Positions 7,949 through 18,240 of a stretch of DNA of 64,000 nucleotides are shown here, piece by piece. The stretch is from an uncultured Peptoniphilus sp. GTDB taxonomy: Bacteria; Bacillota; Clostridia; Tissierellales; Peptoniphilaceae. The position numbers and the translations under genes are program-made. Under the pieces are notes generated by a model that saw only the letters and a program-made list of their open reading frames with translations, was not told the DNA's origin and did no database searches. Position 1 is the stretch's first letter. Every line of letters begins with the position of its first letter. The stretch lies in contig NZ_CAMILN010000001.1 of NCBI RefSeq assembly GCF_946222045.1, positions 46,892-110,891 on the forward strand. The letters are read 5' to 3'.

Positions 7949-9499
7949 TTAAGCTTCCTTCTTAATTACATCGATTATAGAACCATCTCTGTATTCTACA
8001 ACTGCAACTACTTCGTCAGAGAATTCAACTTCTTCAGGTTTACCTGTAAGTTTTTCTGCCATTTCTTGTAGTTCTTTGATGTTCTTAAGTTCAATTCCAG
8101 CTTTTTCGAATTTTTCGATTAAGTCTTTTCTCTTTGGATTTACAGCAATACCGTAGTCAGTACAAATTACGTCTACAGCTTCGCCTGGTGTACAAACTGT
8201 TGTAACCTTGTCTTTGACAATTGGGTTTCTTGATCTTACAAGTGGTGCAAGTATAAGTGACATTTCTGCACCAGGTGCTGTATCTTGGTGACCACCAACT
8301 GCTTGGTTAATAACTCCGTCTGATCTTGTCATTACGTTTACGTTGAAGTCAGTGTCAACTTCAAGAGCTCCAAGTAATACAAAGTCTAGAGTGTTAACTG
8401 CAGGTGTTGGGTTGTTAGGGTTTGCATAAGAAGATGCAGTTTGTTCAAAGTGTTTTTTGTTTTCACGGATTGATCTTACTGCGTCAAGGTCAAAGGATTG
8501 TGTATCATAGATACCGTCGATAAGACCTTCTTCAAGCATTGTCACCATATAGCCAGTGATTCCACCAAGGGCCATTGATGCCTTGATGTCATCCTTCTTC
8601 ATTTCTTCACGAAGAAGTTTTGCAACTGCAAGAGTTGAACCTGCTGCTCCAGTTTGGAATCTAAAGCCGTCCTTGTAAAGTCCAGAAGCCTTGATTGCCT
8701 TAACTGCGTTGTTGGCAATTAATAGGTCACGAGGGTTGTCGTTAAACCTAATTGATCCAGAAACAATTCCCTTTGGATCTCCAATTGCGTCAACTTCTAC
8801 AACATAGTCAACATACATCATGCCAATTGAAGCAGGAATATTTGGGAATGGTACAAGGTTGTCTGTAATTGCAACTACACAGTCAGCGTACTGTGCATCA
8901 ACAATTGCATAGCCAAGTGATCCACAAGCTGCCTTTCCTTCTCTACCATTTATGTTTCCATATTCATCACATGCTGGTGCTGCTAAAAAGGCAACGTCAA
9001 TGTGAAGTTCCCCATCTTCAATTGCTCTTGCACGTCCACCGTGAGAACGGATAATGCAAGGTTTTTTAAGGATCCCTTGTGAAATTTTTTCTCCAAGTTC
9101 TCCTCTTAGTCCAGATGATTGAATTCCAGTTATTACACCTTGTTCAATTAGTGGGATTAACTTGTCGTGACATGGTGAAAGTGATGATGGAGCAAGAGTT
9201 AGGTCCTTGATTCCCATATCAGCAATAACTTGCATTACCATATTTACAACATAGTCACCATTTCTTAGGTGGTGGTGGAAGGAAATTGTCATTCCGTCCT
9301 TAAGTCCACTCTTCTTAACAGCTTCTTCAATAGAGCCTAGAAGTTTTTTCTCGTCCCTATTTCCGTATCTAATTTTTGGAGAAGCCTTTCTTTCAGTTCT
9401 AAGATATTTGCCTTCGCCTTTGAAAGGAACAAGTTCGCCAATGCCTTCAAGGGATTCAGGGATATCTCTTCCTACTGCGTTTTTATTATAGTTCATCAA
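7949..9499 (-). CDS. citF: Citrate lyase alpha subunit (citrate CoA-transferase)
   Basis: 516-aa protein. The family call rests on its length and its position immediately after citD and citE in the cluster; I did not verify a CitF-specific motif. Confidence 0.88.
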   Translation of the reverse strand: MMNYNKNAVGRDIPESLEGIGELVPFKGEGKYLRTERKASPKIRYGNRDEKKLLGSIEEAVKKSGLKDGMTISFHHHLRNGDYVVNMVMQVIADMGIKDLTLAPSSLSPCHDKLIPLIEQGVITGIQSSGLRGELGEKISQGILKKPCIIRSHGGRARAIEDGELHIDVAFLAAPACDEYGNINGREGKAACGSLGYAIVDAQYADCVVAITDNLVPFPNIPASIGMMYVDYVVEVDAIGDPKGIVSGSIRFNDNPRDLLIANNAVKAIKASGLYKDGFRFQTGAAGSTLAVAKLLREEMKKDDIKASMALGGITGYMVTMLEEGLIDGIYDTQSFDLDAVRSIRENKKHFEQTASSYANPNNPTPAVNTLDFVLLGALEVDTDFNVNVMTRSDGVINQAVGGHQDTAPGAEMSLILAPLVRSRNPIVKDKVTTVCTPGEAVDVICTDYGIAVNPKRKDLIEKFEKAGIELKNIKELQEMAEKLTGKPEEVEFSDEVVAVVEYRDGSIIDVIKKEA

Positions 9500-10385
9500 T
9501 ATCCTCCTTCTTTAGCACTCCACTTGCAACTGCAAGGTCTAGAACTCTTTGTGCACCAGCTATAACTGGATAGTCAACCATCTTGCCGTCAACTGTAATA
9601 ACTCCAGATCCTTTTCTTTCAGCTTCCTTAGAACCTGCAATAATACGAAGTGATTTCGTAATATCTTTTTCAGTTGGTGTATAAACTTCATTTACAACTG
9701 CAATTTGTTTAGGGTGGATAACAGATTTACCATCAAATCCTAAGTCCTTAATAAATTGAACTTCTTCCCTAAAAGCATCCATGTCATCAAGGTTTGTGTT
9801 AACTGTATCGAAGCAAGCAATGCCTGCGTTTCTTGCAGCTAAAACAATTTGACTTCTTGCTGCAAAAAGTTCCCAACCATGAGATGACCTTTGAGTCTTT
9901 AGGTTAGTAACATAGTCAGCTGCTCCAAGGGCAATACCCATCATTCTTGGTGATGCCTTTGCAATGTCAACTGCGTTAATAACTCCAGTTGGAGATTCAA
10001 TAGCTGCCATCATTAGAGTTCTACCTTGGCATCCCATTTCTTCTTCAACTTCAGTTATGATTTCATCTACATCAATAACATCTTGTGCAGTTTCTGACTT
10101 TGGTAGTCTAATTACATCTACCCCAGCCTTAACAACTGCCTTAATATCTTCACGTCCATAAGGTGTATCAAGGGCGTTGATTCTTACAACAACTTCAGTA
10201 TCTCCGTAGTCTAAAGTTTTTAGTGCATTGTAAACTAAAAATCTTGCCGCGTCTTTTTGATTTATACTCGTAGCATCTTCAAGGTCGATCATAATTGAAT
10301 CAGGACCATAGATGTGAGCATCAGTGATGTTTGCAGGGTTGTTACCTGGAAGAAACATCATTGTTCTTCTTAATCTCTCTTTCAA
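9486..10385 (-). CDS. citE: Citrate lyase beta subunit (citryl-CoA lyase)
   Basis: HpcH/HpaI aldolase-citrate lyase fold (MFLPGNNP...DSIMIDLEDA). TTG start. Overlaps citF. Confidence 0.88.
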   Translation of the reverse strand: MKERLRRTMMFLPGNNPANITDAHIYGPDSIMIDLEDATSINQKDAARFLVYNALKTLDYGDTEVVVRINALDTPYGREDIKAVVKAGVDVIRLPKSETAQDVIDVDEIITEVEEEMGCQGRTLMMAAIESPTGVINAVDIAKASPRMMGIALGAADYVTNLKTQRSSHGWELFAARSQIVLAARNAGIACFDTVNTNLDDMDAFREEVQFIKDLGFDGKSVIHPKQIAVVNEVYTPTEKDITKSLRIIAGSKEAERKGSGVITVDGKMVDYPVIAGAQRVLDLAVASGVLKKEDIDEL

Positions 10386-10389
10386 AATA

Positions 10390-10671
10390 TCAGCTCCAAT
10401 TATATTCTGTGCTTTCAGCTGCTCTAAAACATGCTGCTGCTACTCTTGCTTTAATTGTGTAGTCCAAGGCACCCTTGTCTACTGCAGTAAGTTTCGCATT
10501 CTCTACATCTAATTCTTTTAAAGTTTCTCTTATAACTTTTTCAATTTGTTTACCAAATTGTTTCTTTACTGAACTTTCTAGTTCAATAGATATGCCTTCT
10601 CCATCGTCAACAGTGATTAAAATATCATTTGACTCAAGAGTTCCGGCCATAGCTTCTTTCTTTAGTTTCAA
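10390..10671 (-). CDS. citD: Citrate lyase gamma subunit (acyl carrier protein)
   Basis: AGTLESNDILITV prosthetic-group Ser motif. Start set at TTG 10671, where GGAGGG sits 6 nt upstream (MKLKKEAMAGTLES). The track ORF extends to 10704. Confidence 0.8.
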   Translation of the reverse strand: MKLKKEAMAGTLESNDILITVDDGEGISIELESSVKKQFGKQIEKVIRETLKELDVENAKLTAVDKGALDYTIKARVAAACFRAAESTEYNWS

Positions 10672-10687
10672 AAAAATCCCTCCTAGT

Positions 10688-11977
10688 CTACATGAGCGTT
10701 CCAAAGAGTATTGATCCTATAACAAGTATTATTCCTCCACCAAGTCTTGATGAAAGTTGTGCATAAGAAATTAAGTCCATTCTGTCAGCTGCTCCAAGAA
10801 CTGCCAAGTCACCAGATCCACCTCTGTTAGCCATACATAGGCCTGCTGTAACAGCAGAGTCAACAAAGAAGAAACCTACAAGGTGTCCAACAAGTCCTGA
10901 ACCAATAACAGCACCAACAATAATTAAGAATGACATAACAACATTACCAAAAGTGATAGCATCTCTAAGTTCAATTAAGTCAGTTTCAACACCAACACCA
11001 ACCATAATTAAGATTACAATGTTTTTTGTGAAGAAAGATTGAACTTCCTTTGCAGCTTGTCTAAGTGATCCTGGAACAAGTCCAAGTCCATTAGCAAGAG
11101 CAACAATAATAATCATAAAGGCAAATGGGTGAATTGGAACTGAAGGAACAAGTGGATCCCAAACCTTATCAGCTACAAGTCTACCTAATTGATAGAAAGT
11201 AAGACCCATTAAAATTGCTCCGGCGTAGTCCTTTAATTGTGTAGTAAACTTTTCTTCTTTTTGTTCAATTTCAGGAGCAGATCTCATAAGAGTTTTCTTA
11301 TCTCCTGTAAGTCCTGGTTTACTGCTTCCAAGTTTATTTAAAATACCACCAGCAATAATAGCAAAGATATTAGCAATTGTAAGAATTGAAATAGCAAAGC
11401 CATAGTAGTTTGCAGCTGCATCTCCTGTAACCCTTTCATAAATTTGACTTAGAGGAACAGCACCTGCACCATTACCTCCACCCATTACAGGAAGAACGTA
11501 TTTTAAAATAGTGTTAGCTGGTGAAACTCCAAAGAAAAGTCCACCAATAATACCAAGAATGGCAGCACCTAAAACTCCACCAAGAATTGCTGGAATATAT
11601 CCTGCAAAAGACTTGATCATTAGGTCTCTATTTAGTCCAAGAAGTGAACCAGAGATAAGCATAATGATGAAGAAGTTTAGTAGTCCCATTGGTTTTGAGT
11701 TAACAGATGAAATAAGTTCTACATATTCTTCTGGGATAACATTTAAATAAACTAAAACTGCTGAACCCAAGAAGGCAAGAACAAGTCCACCACCAACATA
11801 AGTGTTCCAAATTGGAATTCTCTCACCAATTTCATATAAAATAATACCTATTGCGAACATCAGTGCAACTCCGCCCGCTAAATCCTTAGACAAAACTCCC
11901 AAGTAAGTTGCTATAAAAACTATTATTGATAAAACCAATAACATTGGAAGATTAAGTCCAAAATATTTTTTCTTCAT
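10688..11977 (-). CDS. 2-hydroxycarboxylate transporter family (citrate:Na+ symporter CitS/CimH-like)
   Basis: 429-aa polytopic protein with 2-HCT family organisation, placed between citX and citDEF. Confidence 0.78.
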   Translation of the reverse strand: MKKKYFGLNLPMLLVLSIIVFIATYLGVLSKDLAGGVALMFAIGIILYEIGERIPIWNTYVGGGLVLAFLGSAVLVYLNVIPEEYVELISSVNSKPMGLLNFFIIMLISGSLLGLNRDLMIKSFAGYIPAILGGVLGAAILGIIGGLFFGVSPANTILKYVLPVMGGGNGAGAVPLSQIYERVTGDAAANYYGFAISILTIANIFAIIAGGILNKLGSSKPGLTGDKKTLMRSAPEIEQKEEKFTTQLKDYAGAILMGLTFYQLGRLVADKVWDPLVPSVPIHPFAFMIIIVALANGLGLVPGSLRQAAKEVQSFFTKNIVILIMVGVGVETDLIELRDAITFGNVVMSFLIIVGAVIGSGLVGHLVGFFFVDSAVTAGLCMANRGGSGDLAVLGAADRMDLISYAQLSSRLGGGIILVIGSILFGTLM

Positions 11978-12185
11978 AGAAAAAACCTCCTTTTTAACTA
12001 TAATACCCTAGAAAGGGCTTCTTATTCAAGATGCTAAAGGGCTGATTCTAGCAATCTTAGGCATATATAAAATTGTTATTATAACAAATTTAATTTGTAA
12101 CAAGACTTCTATCCAACTAATTAATTTGGTGCAAATAGGAAGTTTCTTACAATTTTCTTAGTAATTTATTACAAAAAAATAAGAG

Positions 12186-12226
12186 ATCTATCAATAAAAT
12201 CTCTTATTGAAAATTTGTAAAATTGT
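12186..12226 (-). terminator. Terminator after citX
   Basis: Inverted repeat AATAAGAGAT...ATCTCTTATT followed by a T-run on the minus strand. Implies citS-citDEF has its own promoter. Confidence 0.5.
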
Positions 12227-12236
12227 CATTATCTTT

Positions 12237-12773
12237 CTAAGACTTATGTGCCTGGTCTAAGTCTTCTCTAATAATCTCCCTAACCTTTTCTTCAAGTTCT
12301 CTTATATCGTGTCTTTCTTCCTTTATACAGGTCCTTGCTGTGTCGCCGCAAATTATGCACTTTCTCTCGGGAAGTCCCAAGGATGATCTTGAGATTTGTG
12401 AGAAGTCCTTGTCGTAGATATCAAGGTCTAAGAGCCTTCCTCCTATGGATGCTTCTTCTACTTCCATCATAAGTTTTTTTATTTCTCTTCCGTCGCCGTT
12501 TAGGACTCCTATATATTCCATGCCTGTGATTAAATTTTCGTAGTCTTCAAATAATATTTTTATTTTATTTTCTTCTAAAAGTTTTTTAATCTTTTCTATA
12601 TATTTCTTGTGAAAGTCCACAGCTTCTTTAAAGTTTTTGTCTTCGCCAGGAATGTTTAACATAAAGGAAAGGACTGGCGCCTCATATTTTTCTGTAAGAT
12701 CTTTTATCTTGTAGTATCTTTTTTCCTTGGCCTCGAGCATCCTGTTCATGGCAAGTATTTTAGAGTCTATCAT
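12237..12773 (-). CDS. citX: Holo-ACP synthase CitX (apo-citrate lyase phosphoribosyl-dephospho-CoA transferase)
   Basis: C-terminal GRLLDLDIYD...LPERKCIICGDTARTC matches the CitX conserved core. Confidence 0.72.
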   Translation of the reverse strand: MIDSKILAMNRMLEAKEKRYYKIKDLTEKYEAPVLSFMLNIPGEDKNFKEAVDFHKKYIEKIKKLLEENKIKILFEDYENLITGMEYIGVLNGDGREIKKLMMEVEEASIGGRLLDLDIYDKDFSQISRSSLGLPERKCIICGDTARTCIKEERHDIRELEEKVREIIREDLDQAHKS

Positions 12774-13752
12774 TTATTATCCTCTGTCCTTCTTCTGACT
12801 TTAGGGCCTTAACTGTGGCTTCTGGCAAAAATTTGTAGGCTTCTTCAAATTTTCTTTCTTTTAAAAGGGCCCTAACTTTTGAAGCAGAAATTATTTCATT
12901 ATCCAAGCTTGTCCTTGGAATTTCAACTACTTCAACTCCATATTCTGGCAAAATTCTTTCCATGGTTTCGTTGTAATTTTTTGTCACCACGTCCTTGTCC
13001 TCGCTACCCACAAACCTCTTTTTAATATTTAAGGCCTTAGCAAAGTATCTGCCAAATATTTTTGTATCAAGCTCTGAATAGGCCTTTAAGATAGTTTTTT
13101 CGTCCTTATAAAAATATGTTGGGAAGGTGTTTTTTGAAATTATATAGTCATTACCTTTATGAACAATGACGTCTTCAAAATTTTCAACCTCTTCCTTTAC
13201 AATCTTATACCTAAAGTCGTAAGGGAAGGTTGATCCATCTTCTTCAACCATAAAGATGTGCAAGAAATCAGTTTGCTTTCTCGCTTCGTTAATTAAATAG
13301 AGATGACCCTTGGTCATTGGGTTGGCATTTATTACAATGCCACCAGACTCCCTATCATCTTCGATATTTTTTAATAGCTTGTGGAGTTCCTCTATCTTGT
13401 TGTCTAAGAGGGCAACATCTTCTGTCTCTTCAACTTGGGAAAAACCAAAGTCTGTAAAGATTTTAATGTTTTTTGGTTTTGAAAAGATAAATAGGTGCTT
13501 GTTGCCAAGTTCATATTGGTGGTCAAGTAGCCTTGTGATTATTGCGTTGGTTATTCCCATGCCTTGGTAGGCCGGGTCAATGGCAAAGCATTTTAAGACT
13601 CTTCCTGCACAAGACCCTGTTCCAACAATTTTTTCGCCATCAAAGGCAGCAAGAGTGTAGTCCACGTCTCTCTCATAGTTTATATCAAAGTCTTCCAAGA
13701 ATTTTTCAATATTCTTTTTTTCAAATTTCATAACTTGTCTGTAATCAATCAA
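12760..13752 (-). CDS. citC: [Citrate (pro-3S)-lyase] ligase
   Basis: N-terminal GNAT-like domain plus cytidylyltransferase-like core NANPMTKGHLYLINEA. Confidence 0.82.
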   Translation of the reverse strand: MIDYRQVMKFEKKNIEKFLEDFDINYERDVDYTLAAFDGEKIVGTGSCAGRVLKCFAIDPAYQGMGITNAIITRLLDHQYELGNKHLFIFSKPKNIKIFTDFGFSQVEETEDVALLDNKIEELHKLLKNIEDDRESGGIVINANPMTKGHLYLINEARKQTDFLHIFMVEEDGSTFPYDFRYKIVKEEVENFEDVIVHKGNDYIISKNTFPTYFYKDEKTILKAYSELDTKIFGRYFAKALNIKKRFVGSEDKDVVTKNYNETMERILPEYGVEVVEIPRTSLDNEIISASKVRALLKERKFEEAYKFLPEATVKALKSEEGQRIINDRL

Positions 13753-14569
13753 TGTTAGCCTCCAAGAGATAGAAATACAAGGTTAAAATCAAAAAATCGG
13801 CACAGCCTCCGGGACTTAGGTTCCTTCTCTTGTATTCTTCATTTATTTTTTGGATTTCTCTCATTCCATTTTCTTTTTCGTACAATTTGTTTTCAAGGAC
13901 ATAGGTTGAAGTTTCCTTTAAAAATTCTAGACCTTCAAGTCCTCCTCTTTTGATTATGTTTGAATCCTCGATAAAAGACATGAAATAAAATAGGGTGCCA
14001 GTTAGGGCGTAGTCAAAGTTTGTTTCTTTCTCAGCTTCCTTTAAGAAGTCAAGTCCCATAAGGGCCTTCTTAAATCCTTCTTCGGCCTCTTCTCTTATCC
14101 CCTTTAGTCCGTATTTTTTGTAATTTTTTTCTCCATGAGTCTCGGCCTTTTCTGTTTTTAGTTCTTCACTTATGCCACGATTTAGGTAAGCCACCCTATC
14201 AATTATTTTTTCAAAAGAAAAATTTTCTCCCCTAATTTCTATTGCAGTTCCATAGACCATTAGTCCAAGAGAAAAAATAATTCCCTTGTGGGTATTAACT
14301 CCACCTGTTGCTTCTCTCATCTTGTCTTCATAGAACTTTCCATATTCTCTTAGTTCTAAGAAGTCTTCTCCCTTGGATTTTTCTCCAAGTTCGTAGGAAA
14401 TTTTGAAGTAGTCGTAGAGGACTAGGGATGATCTTAAAAAGTCCATGTAGTCCATGTCGTCGTGGGCGCCCACATCTATTAGGCTAACAAGTCCTGGCTT
14501 GGGACTCAAAGAAACTTCATAGATAAGAGCATAAGTTGCAAGTCTTGCGATTTTATCTGAATTTAACAT
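13745..14569 (-). CDS. citG: Triphosphoribosyl-dephospho-CoA synthase
   Basis: Called from its first position in the cit cluster and the conserved LSPKPGLVS... N-terminal region. Confidence 0.78.
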   Translation of the reverse strand: MLNSDKIARLATYALIYEVSLSPKPGLVSLIDVGAHDDMDYMDFLRSSLVLYDYFKISYELGEKSKGEDFLELREYGKFYEDKMREATGGVNTHKGIIFSLGLMVYGTAIEIRGENFSFEKIIDRVAYLNRGISEELKTEKAETHGEKNYKKYGLKGIREEAEEGFKKALMGLDFLKEAEKETNFDYALTGTLFYFMSFIEDSNIIKRGGLEGLEFLKETSTYVLENKLYEKENGMREIQKINEEYKRRNLSPGGCADFLILTLYFYLLEANID

Positions 14570-14675
14570 AATCCCTCCGCCTTAATTATAATAAATAAAA
14601 AAAAATTCATCTACTTTTTTATTTTTGTGTGAGGGACTTCATATTTTTGTCGCCTGTCTTTCCAAATTTAATATT

Positions 14676-14708
14676 AAAAAAGAGAGGTCAAGCCTCTCAA
14701 TTTTTCTT
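14676..14708. terminator. Bidirectional terminator between ilvA and citG
   Basis: GAGAGG...CCTCTC stem flanked by A-run and T-run. Confidence 0.6.
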
Positions 14709-14765
14709 AATTTTAAATTGTATAATTCTTTTAAATTAATTTTAAAGTTACAATCCTAAACCCCT

Positions 14766-15983
14766 TTAAAATTGGGCGTCATTATATCTTGCCTTATAGA
14801 TATAGGAATTTTGGTTTAGGGATGTTAGGATTTCATCCTGATGGTTCTTATCCTTGGTATCAATAACTACGCTGACAATCATGGAATCAATTGTGTCGCC
14901 AACTAGGTCGATGTTTTGATTAATCTTTACTATGTTTGCCCCTTGCTTTTCAAGAAGTGCTGACATATTGGAGATTTGTCCAGGTTGGTCATCTAATTTT
15001 ATCCTAAGTTCCATTCTCCTGTTAGTCTTGTAGAGTCCCTTTTCTATAACTTTTGAAACTCTTGTGACGTCTATGTTGCCACCAGAAAGAATGCAGCAAA
15101 CCTTCTTGCCCCTGTAGTTGAATTTCTTATACATAAGGGCTGCAACTGTAGATGCCGCTGCTCCTTCTGTGATGATTTTGTTGTCCTCAAGAAGGGTTAA
15201 GATCGCAGAAGAAATTTCTCCCTCAGTTACAAGAACTATGTCGTCCACATATTCCTTCACCATTTCATATGTAATCTCCCCTGGAGTTTTAACTGCAATT
15301 CCATCGGCAATTGTAGACCCACCTGTCACTGTTAGACGCTTGCCTTCTCTCACTGACTCATACATTGATGGAGAAATCTTTGTTTGGACTCCAATTATTT
15401 TTATGTCTGGATTTATAGACTTGGCTGCAAGGGCAACACCAGATATTAGTCCACCGCCCCCTATTGGCACAACTATTATGTCAAGGTCAGGAAGCTCTTC
15501 TAGGATTTCTAGTCCTACTGTTCCTTGGCCTGCAATAATTTTTTCATCGTCAAAGGGTGCAATGAAGGTGTAGCCTTCTTCTTCAGCTAATTTTTTGGCA
15601 TAGGCTGCTGCGTCATCAAAGGAGTCTTTCACTAGTTCAACTTCAGCCCCATAGTTTCTTGTGGCCTTGACCTTAGAAAGAGGTGCGTGATAAGGCATGC
15701 AGATAACAGACTTTATCCCCCTCTCACTTGCTGACTTGGCAACACCTTGGGCGTGGTTGCCTGCTGAACAAGCCACAACTCCCCTCTCTGCTTCCTCATC
15801 TGATAGAGTTGCAATTTTGTTGTAGGCTCCCCTTAGTTTAAAAGATCCTGTATCTTGTAAGACTTCAACCTTTAGGTAGATGTCTTCTCCAAGGTTTGGT
15901 GCATAAACTACAGGAGTTTCTTTTATGTGACCCTTTAGCCTTTCTCTGGCTTCATAAACTTCCTTCACGTCCATTTTACTCAC
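14766..15983 (-). CDS. ilvA: Threonine ammonia-lyase (threonine dehydratase), short form with one ACT-like domain
   Basis: PLP-lysine motif SFKLRGAYN, SAGNHAQGVA, glycine-rich GGGGLISG. Confidence 0.85.
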   Translation of the reverse strand: MSKMDVKEVYEARERLKGHIKETPVVYAPNLGEDIYLKVEVLQDTGSFKLRGAYNKIATLSDEEAERGVVACSAGNHAQGVAKSASERGIKSVICMPYHAPLSKVKATRNYGAEVELVKDSFDDAAAYAKKLAEEEGYTFIAPFDDEKIIAGQGTVGLEILEELPDLDIIVVPIGGGGLISGVALAAKSINPDIKIIGVQTKISPSMYESVREGKRLTVTGGSTIADGIAVKTPGEITYEMVKEYVDDIVLVTEGEISSAILTLLEDNKIITEGAAASTVAALMYKKFNYRGKKVCCILSGGNIDVTRVSKVIEKGLYKTNRRMELRIKLDDQPGQISNMSALLEKQGANIVKINQNIDLVGDTIDSMIVSVVIDTKDKNHQDEILTSLNQNSYIYKARYNDAQF

Positions 15984-16206
15984 CTTCTTTTTTATGATGG
16001 ACGATACTTACAAATTTATCTCCTTCTAAAATTTTTCTAACTCTCTTTTCAAAATCCATACGGCTCATCCAAACTACCCTGTCGCAGCCCAGGCATTTTA
16101 ATTTCATATCTGCACCCTTTCTTGCGATTTCCCACTTGTTTTCACCACATGGATGTCCCTTCTTTAGGGTAACTATATCGCCTAACTCATAGTAAAGCAT
16201 TATCAT
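15976..16206 (-). CDS. DUF951-family small protein
   Basis: GDIVTLKKGHPCGENKWEIARKGADMKLKCLGCDRVV matches the conserved DUF951 pattern as I recall it. Confidence 0.5.
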   Translation of the reverse strand: MIMLYYELGDIVTLKKGHPCGENKWEIARKGADMKLKCLGCDRVVWMSRMDFEKRVRKILEGDKFVSIVHHKKEGE

Positions 16207-17065
16207 CTTCTCCTTTTATAAATTTATTCCTAATCATTGGAGATTTTATACCTTCTCTTTGCATTATTTTTATAATCTCGGACCTAAGGGCATACTCAAG
16301 GTCATATTGTTGTCCCTGTCTTGTGTAATATACAAGAGTCATCTTGTAGGCATCCTTCCCATTTTCAGTAACTCCCCAAAAGTTTGGTCCCATGACCATG
16401 TCCTCGTGGTCTCTATACTTTTCTATTCCTTTTTTAATTTTTTCTTCTACAAAATCTGGGTCACAAGAATTATCTAGGTAAAATTCAATTTTTGTCCTTA
16501 TATTTGCCCTTTCTTTGTTTGAAATAATTGAAATGTTGCTGTTAGGAATGACGTGAAGAATCTTGTCAAAGTCACGGATTTTTGTGACCCTAAGCCCAAG
16601 GTCTTCCACAACTCCTTCGATATCACCAATTTCAATTAAGTCCCCAACAGAATATTGGTCTTCAAAAATTATAAAAAATCCATTGATAAAGTCCTTAACA
16701 AGACTTTGGGCACCAACACCTATTGCCAGTGAGAACACACCTAGAGTTGCTATAATTGGTGCAATAGAAATATTAAAGACACTCATAATTATTGTGATTC
16801 CAATAAATATTAGGATTACCTTAATGATACGTCTAATTAAATTTGTAACTGTAACTATCCTGTTGTAGGATCCCTTTTCCTTTATCTTATCTGAATTCAG
16901 TTGCCTTCCTATAAAGGAATCTATTAACTTTAAAATTATAAAAGTTCCTACAATTATAATGGCAACCACAAGTAGCCTTTCCCAAGACTCTAGTCCACCG
17001 AAGGTTGATCTCAGGGCCTGGTCTGCCTCACTTGCAACAGCGTCTGTATTTTTTTCTATGTTCAC
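16187..17065 (-). CDS. mscS: Small-conductance mechanosensitive channel (MscS family)
   Basis: Three TM segments followed by the conserved pore/beta-domain region GVGAQSLVKDFINGFFIIFEDQYSVGDLIEIGDIEGVVEDLGLRVTKIRDFD. Confidence 0.8.
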   Translation of the reverse strand: MNIEKNTDAVASEADQALRSTFGGLESWERLLVVAIIIVGTFIILKLIDSFIGRQLNSDKIKEKGSYNRIVTVTNLIRRIIKVILIFIGITIIMSVFNISIAPIIATLGVFSLAIGVGAQSLVKDFINGFFIIFEDQYSVGDLIEIGDIEGVVEDLGLRVTKIRDFDKILHVIPNSNISIISNKERANIRTKIEFYLDNSCDPDFVEEKIKKGIEKYRDHEDMVMGPNFWGVTENGKDAYKMTLVYYTRQGQQYDLEYALRSEIIKIMQREGIKSPMIRNKFIKGEDDNALL

Positions 17066-17067
17066 TT

Positions 17068-18147
17068 TTACACCTCTTTATAAGTTGTTTCAATTTTATT
17101 GTCATCTTCTCTTCCTGTATTTGTATTTACAACGGAGTAAAGACTTAGGTCCCCATTTCTCAAGGCCCCAATCAAAAGTCCGTTAATTTTAATTTTATCT
17201 AGGGAGTAGCCTAACCTTGTGTAAAACTCTCCAGAATTTCCAATTTCTCCACCAACATCACTTGGTCCATAGACATAAATTGATCCAGAAATATTTTCCA
17301 TCTTGTCCACATTGGCTGCAATTATTTTTTTCTTGCCTGCTTTTAGGATGTAATTATATTCTGTTATGATTCCTGAGTGAAGGAGGTAGGTCTTCTTGCC
17401 TTCCACCAGGATGTCAGAAATATTTGGGACCCTATCTTCATATATTGTGCCAGAATTCATAAACCTATAAATTGTCTTGTCTGTAAGGGCCAAGACTGAC
17501 CTCTTGTCCTTCTTTAGATACATGACAATTTCGTGGCTTAGGCTTTTAGAAGTTTTCTCTCCCTTGTTTAGATTATAAACAAGAGAAGTATAACCACTTG
17601 TCTCATTTTTTATTTCTGCAACAGAAAGATTTTTATCATCAACTACATCGTGAGTCAAAATTTGATTACCTGTCCTGTAAATCTCTGTAAGGGTTGAATC
17701 ATTGCCCATTAAATATAAAATTTCATTTTTCTCATCAACGACGTGAAAAATTATATTTGCATTTTCATAAGTGATGTTAAATATATTTCCCTTTACATCT
17801 GTGGTTGAGAGAAGCTCGCCCATCTCTGAATACATGTGAACCTTGCCAAGGTCTTTTTCATACAAGAAGGCGTAGTTATTGGCGAAGAAAGCCTCGATGT
17901 TTTCATCTTCCCTTTGAATCTTCTTCACAATGTTCCCTTCCCTGTCTGTTATATACAAAACTGGATCAGCCCACAAAAATACAGACTTAGATGCAAGGCT
18001 AAAGTCCTCAATAGGTTCATTAACACTTACTCCCTTAAGTCTTACTATGGTCCTGTCTTTAGAAAAGTTTTTATGGTTAAAATATATAAATCCTAAAAAT
18101 ATAAGTAATAAAACTAAAATTATTGCGTGATTTTTTTTAATTTTCAA
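17068..18147 (-). CDS. Hypothetical protein with N-terminal membrane anchor (359 aa)
   Basis: Signal-anchor MKIKKNHAIILVLLLIFLGFIYF then a predicted beta-rich extracytoplasmic domain. First gene of an apparent hyp-mscS-DUF951-ilvA operon. Confidence 0.5.
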   Translation of the reverse strand: MKIKKNHAIILVLLLIFLGFIYFNHKNFSKDRTIVRLKGVSVNEPIEDFSLASKSVFLWADPVLYITDREGNIVKKIQREDENIEAFFANNYAFLYEKDLGKVHMYSEMGELLSTTDVKGNIFNITYENANIIFHVVDEKNEILYLMGNDSTLTEIYRTGNQILTHDVVDDKNLSVAEIKNETSGYTSLVYNLNKGEKTSKSLSHEIVMYLKKDKRSVLALTDKTIYRFMNSGTIYEDRVPNISDILVEGKKTYLLHSGIITEYNYILKAGKKKIIAANVDKMENISGSIYVYGPSDVGGEIGNSGEFYTRLGYSLDKIKINGLLIGALRNGDLSLYSVVNTNTGREDDNKIETTYKEV

Positions 18148-18210
18148 AATACCACTCCCGATTTAATTATAACATTTATACTTTTAATTTTGCATTGAAA
18201 TGGCATAAAA

Positions 18211-18240
18211 AAAGGAGGGCTCACGCCCCCTTTTGAGTTT
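18211..18240 (-). terminator. Terminator of the EamA transporter gene
   Basis: GC hairpin GGGGGCGTGAGCCCTCC overlapping the stop codon, followed by TTTTTTT. Confidence 0.5.
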
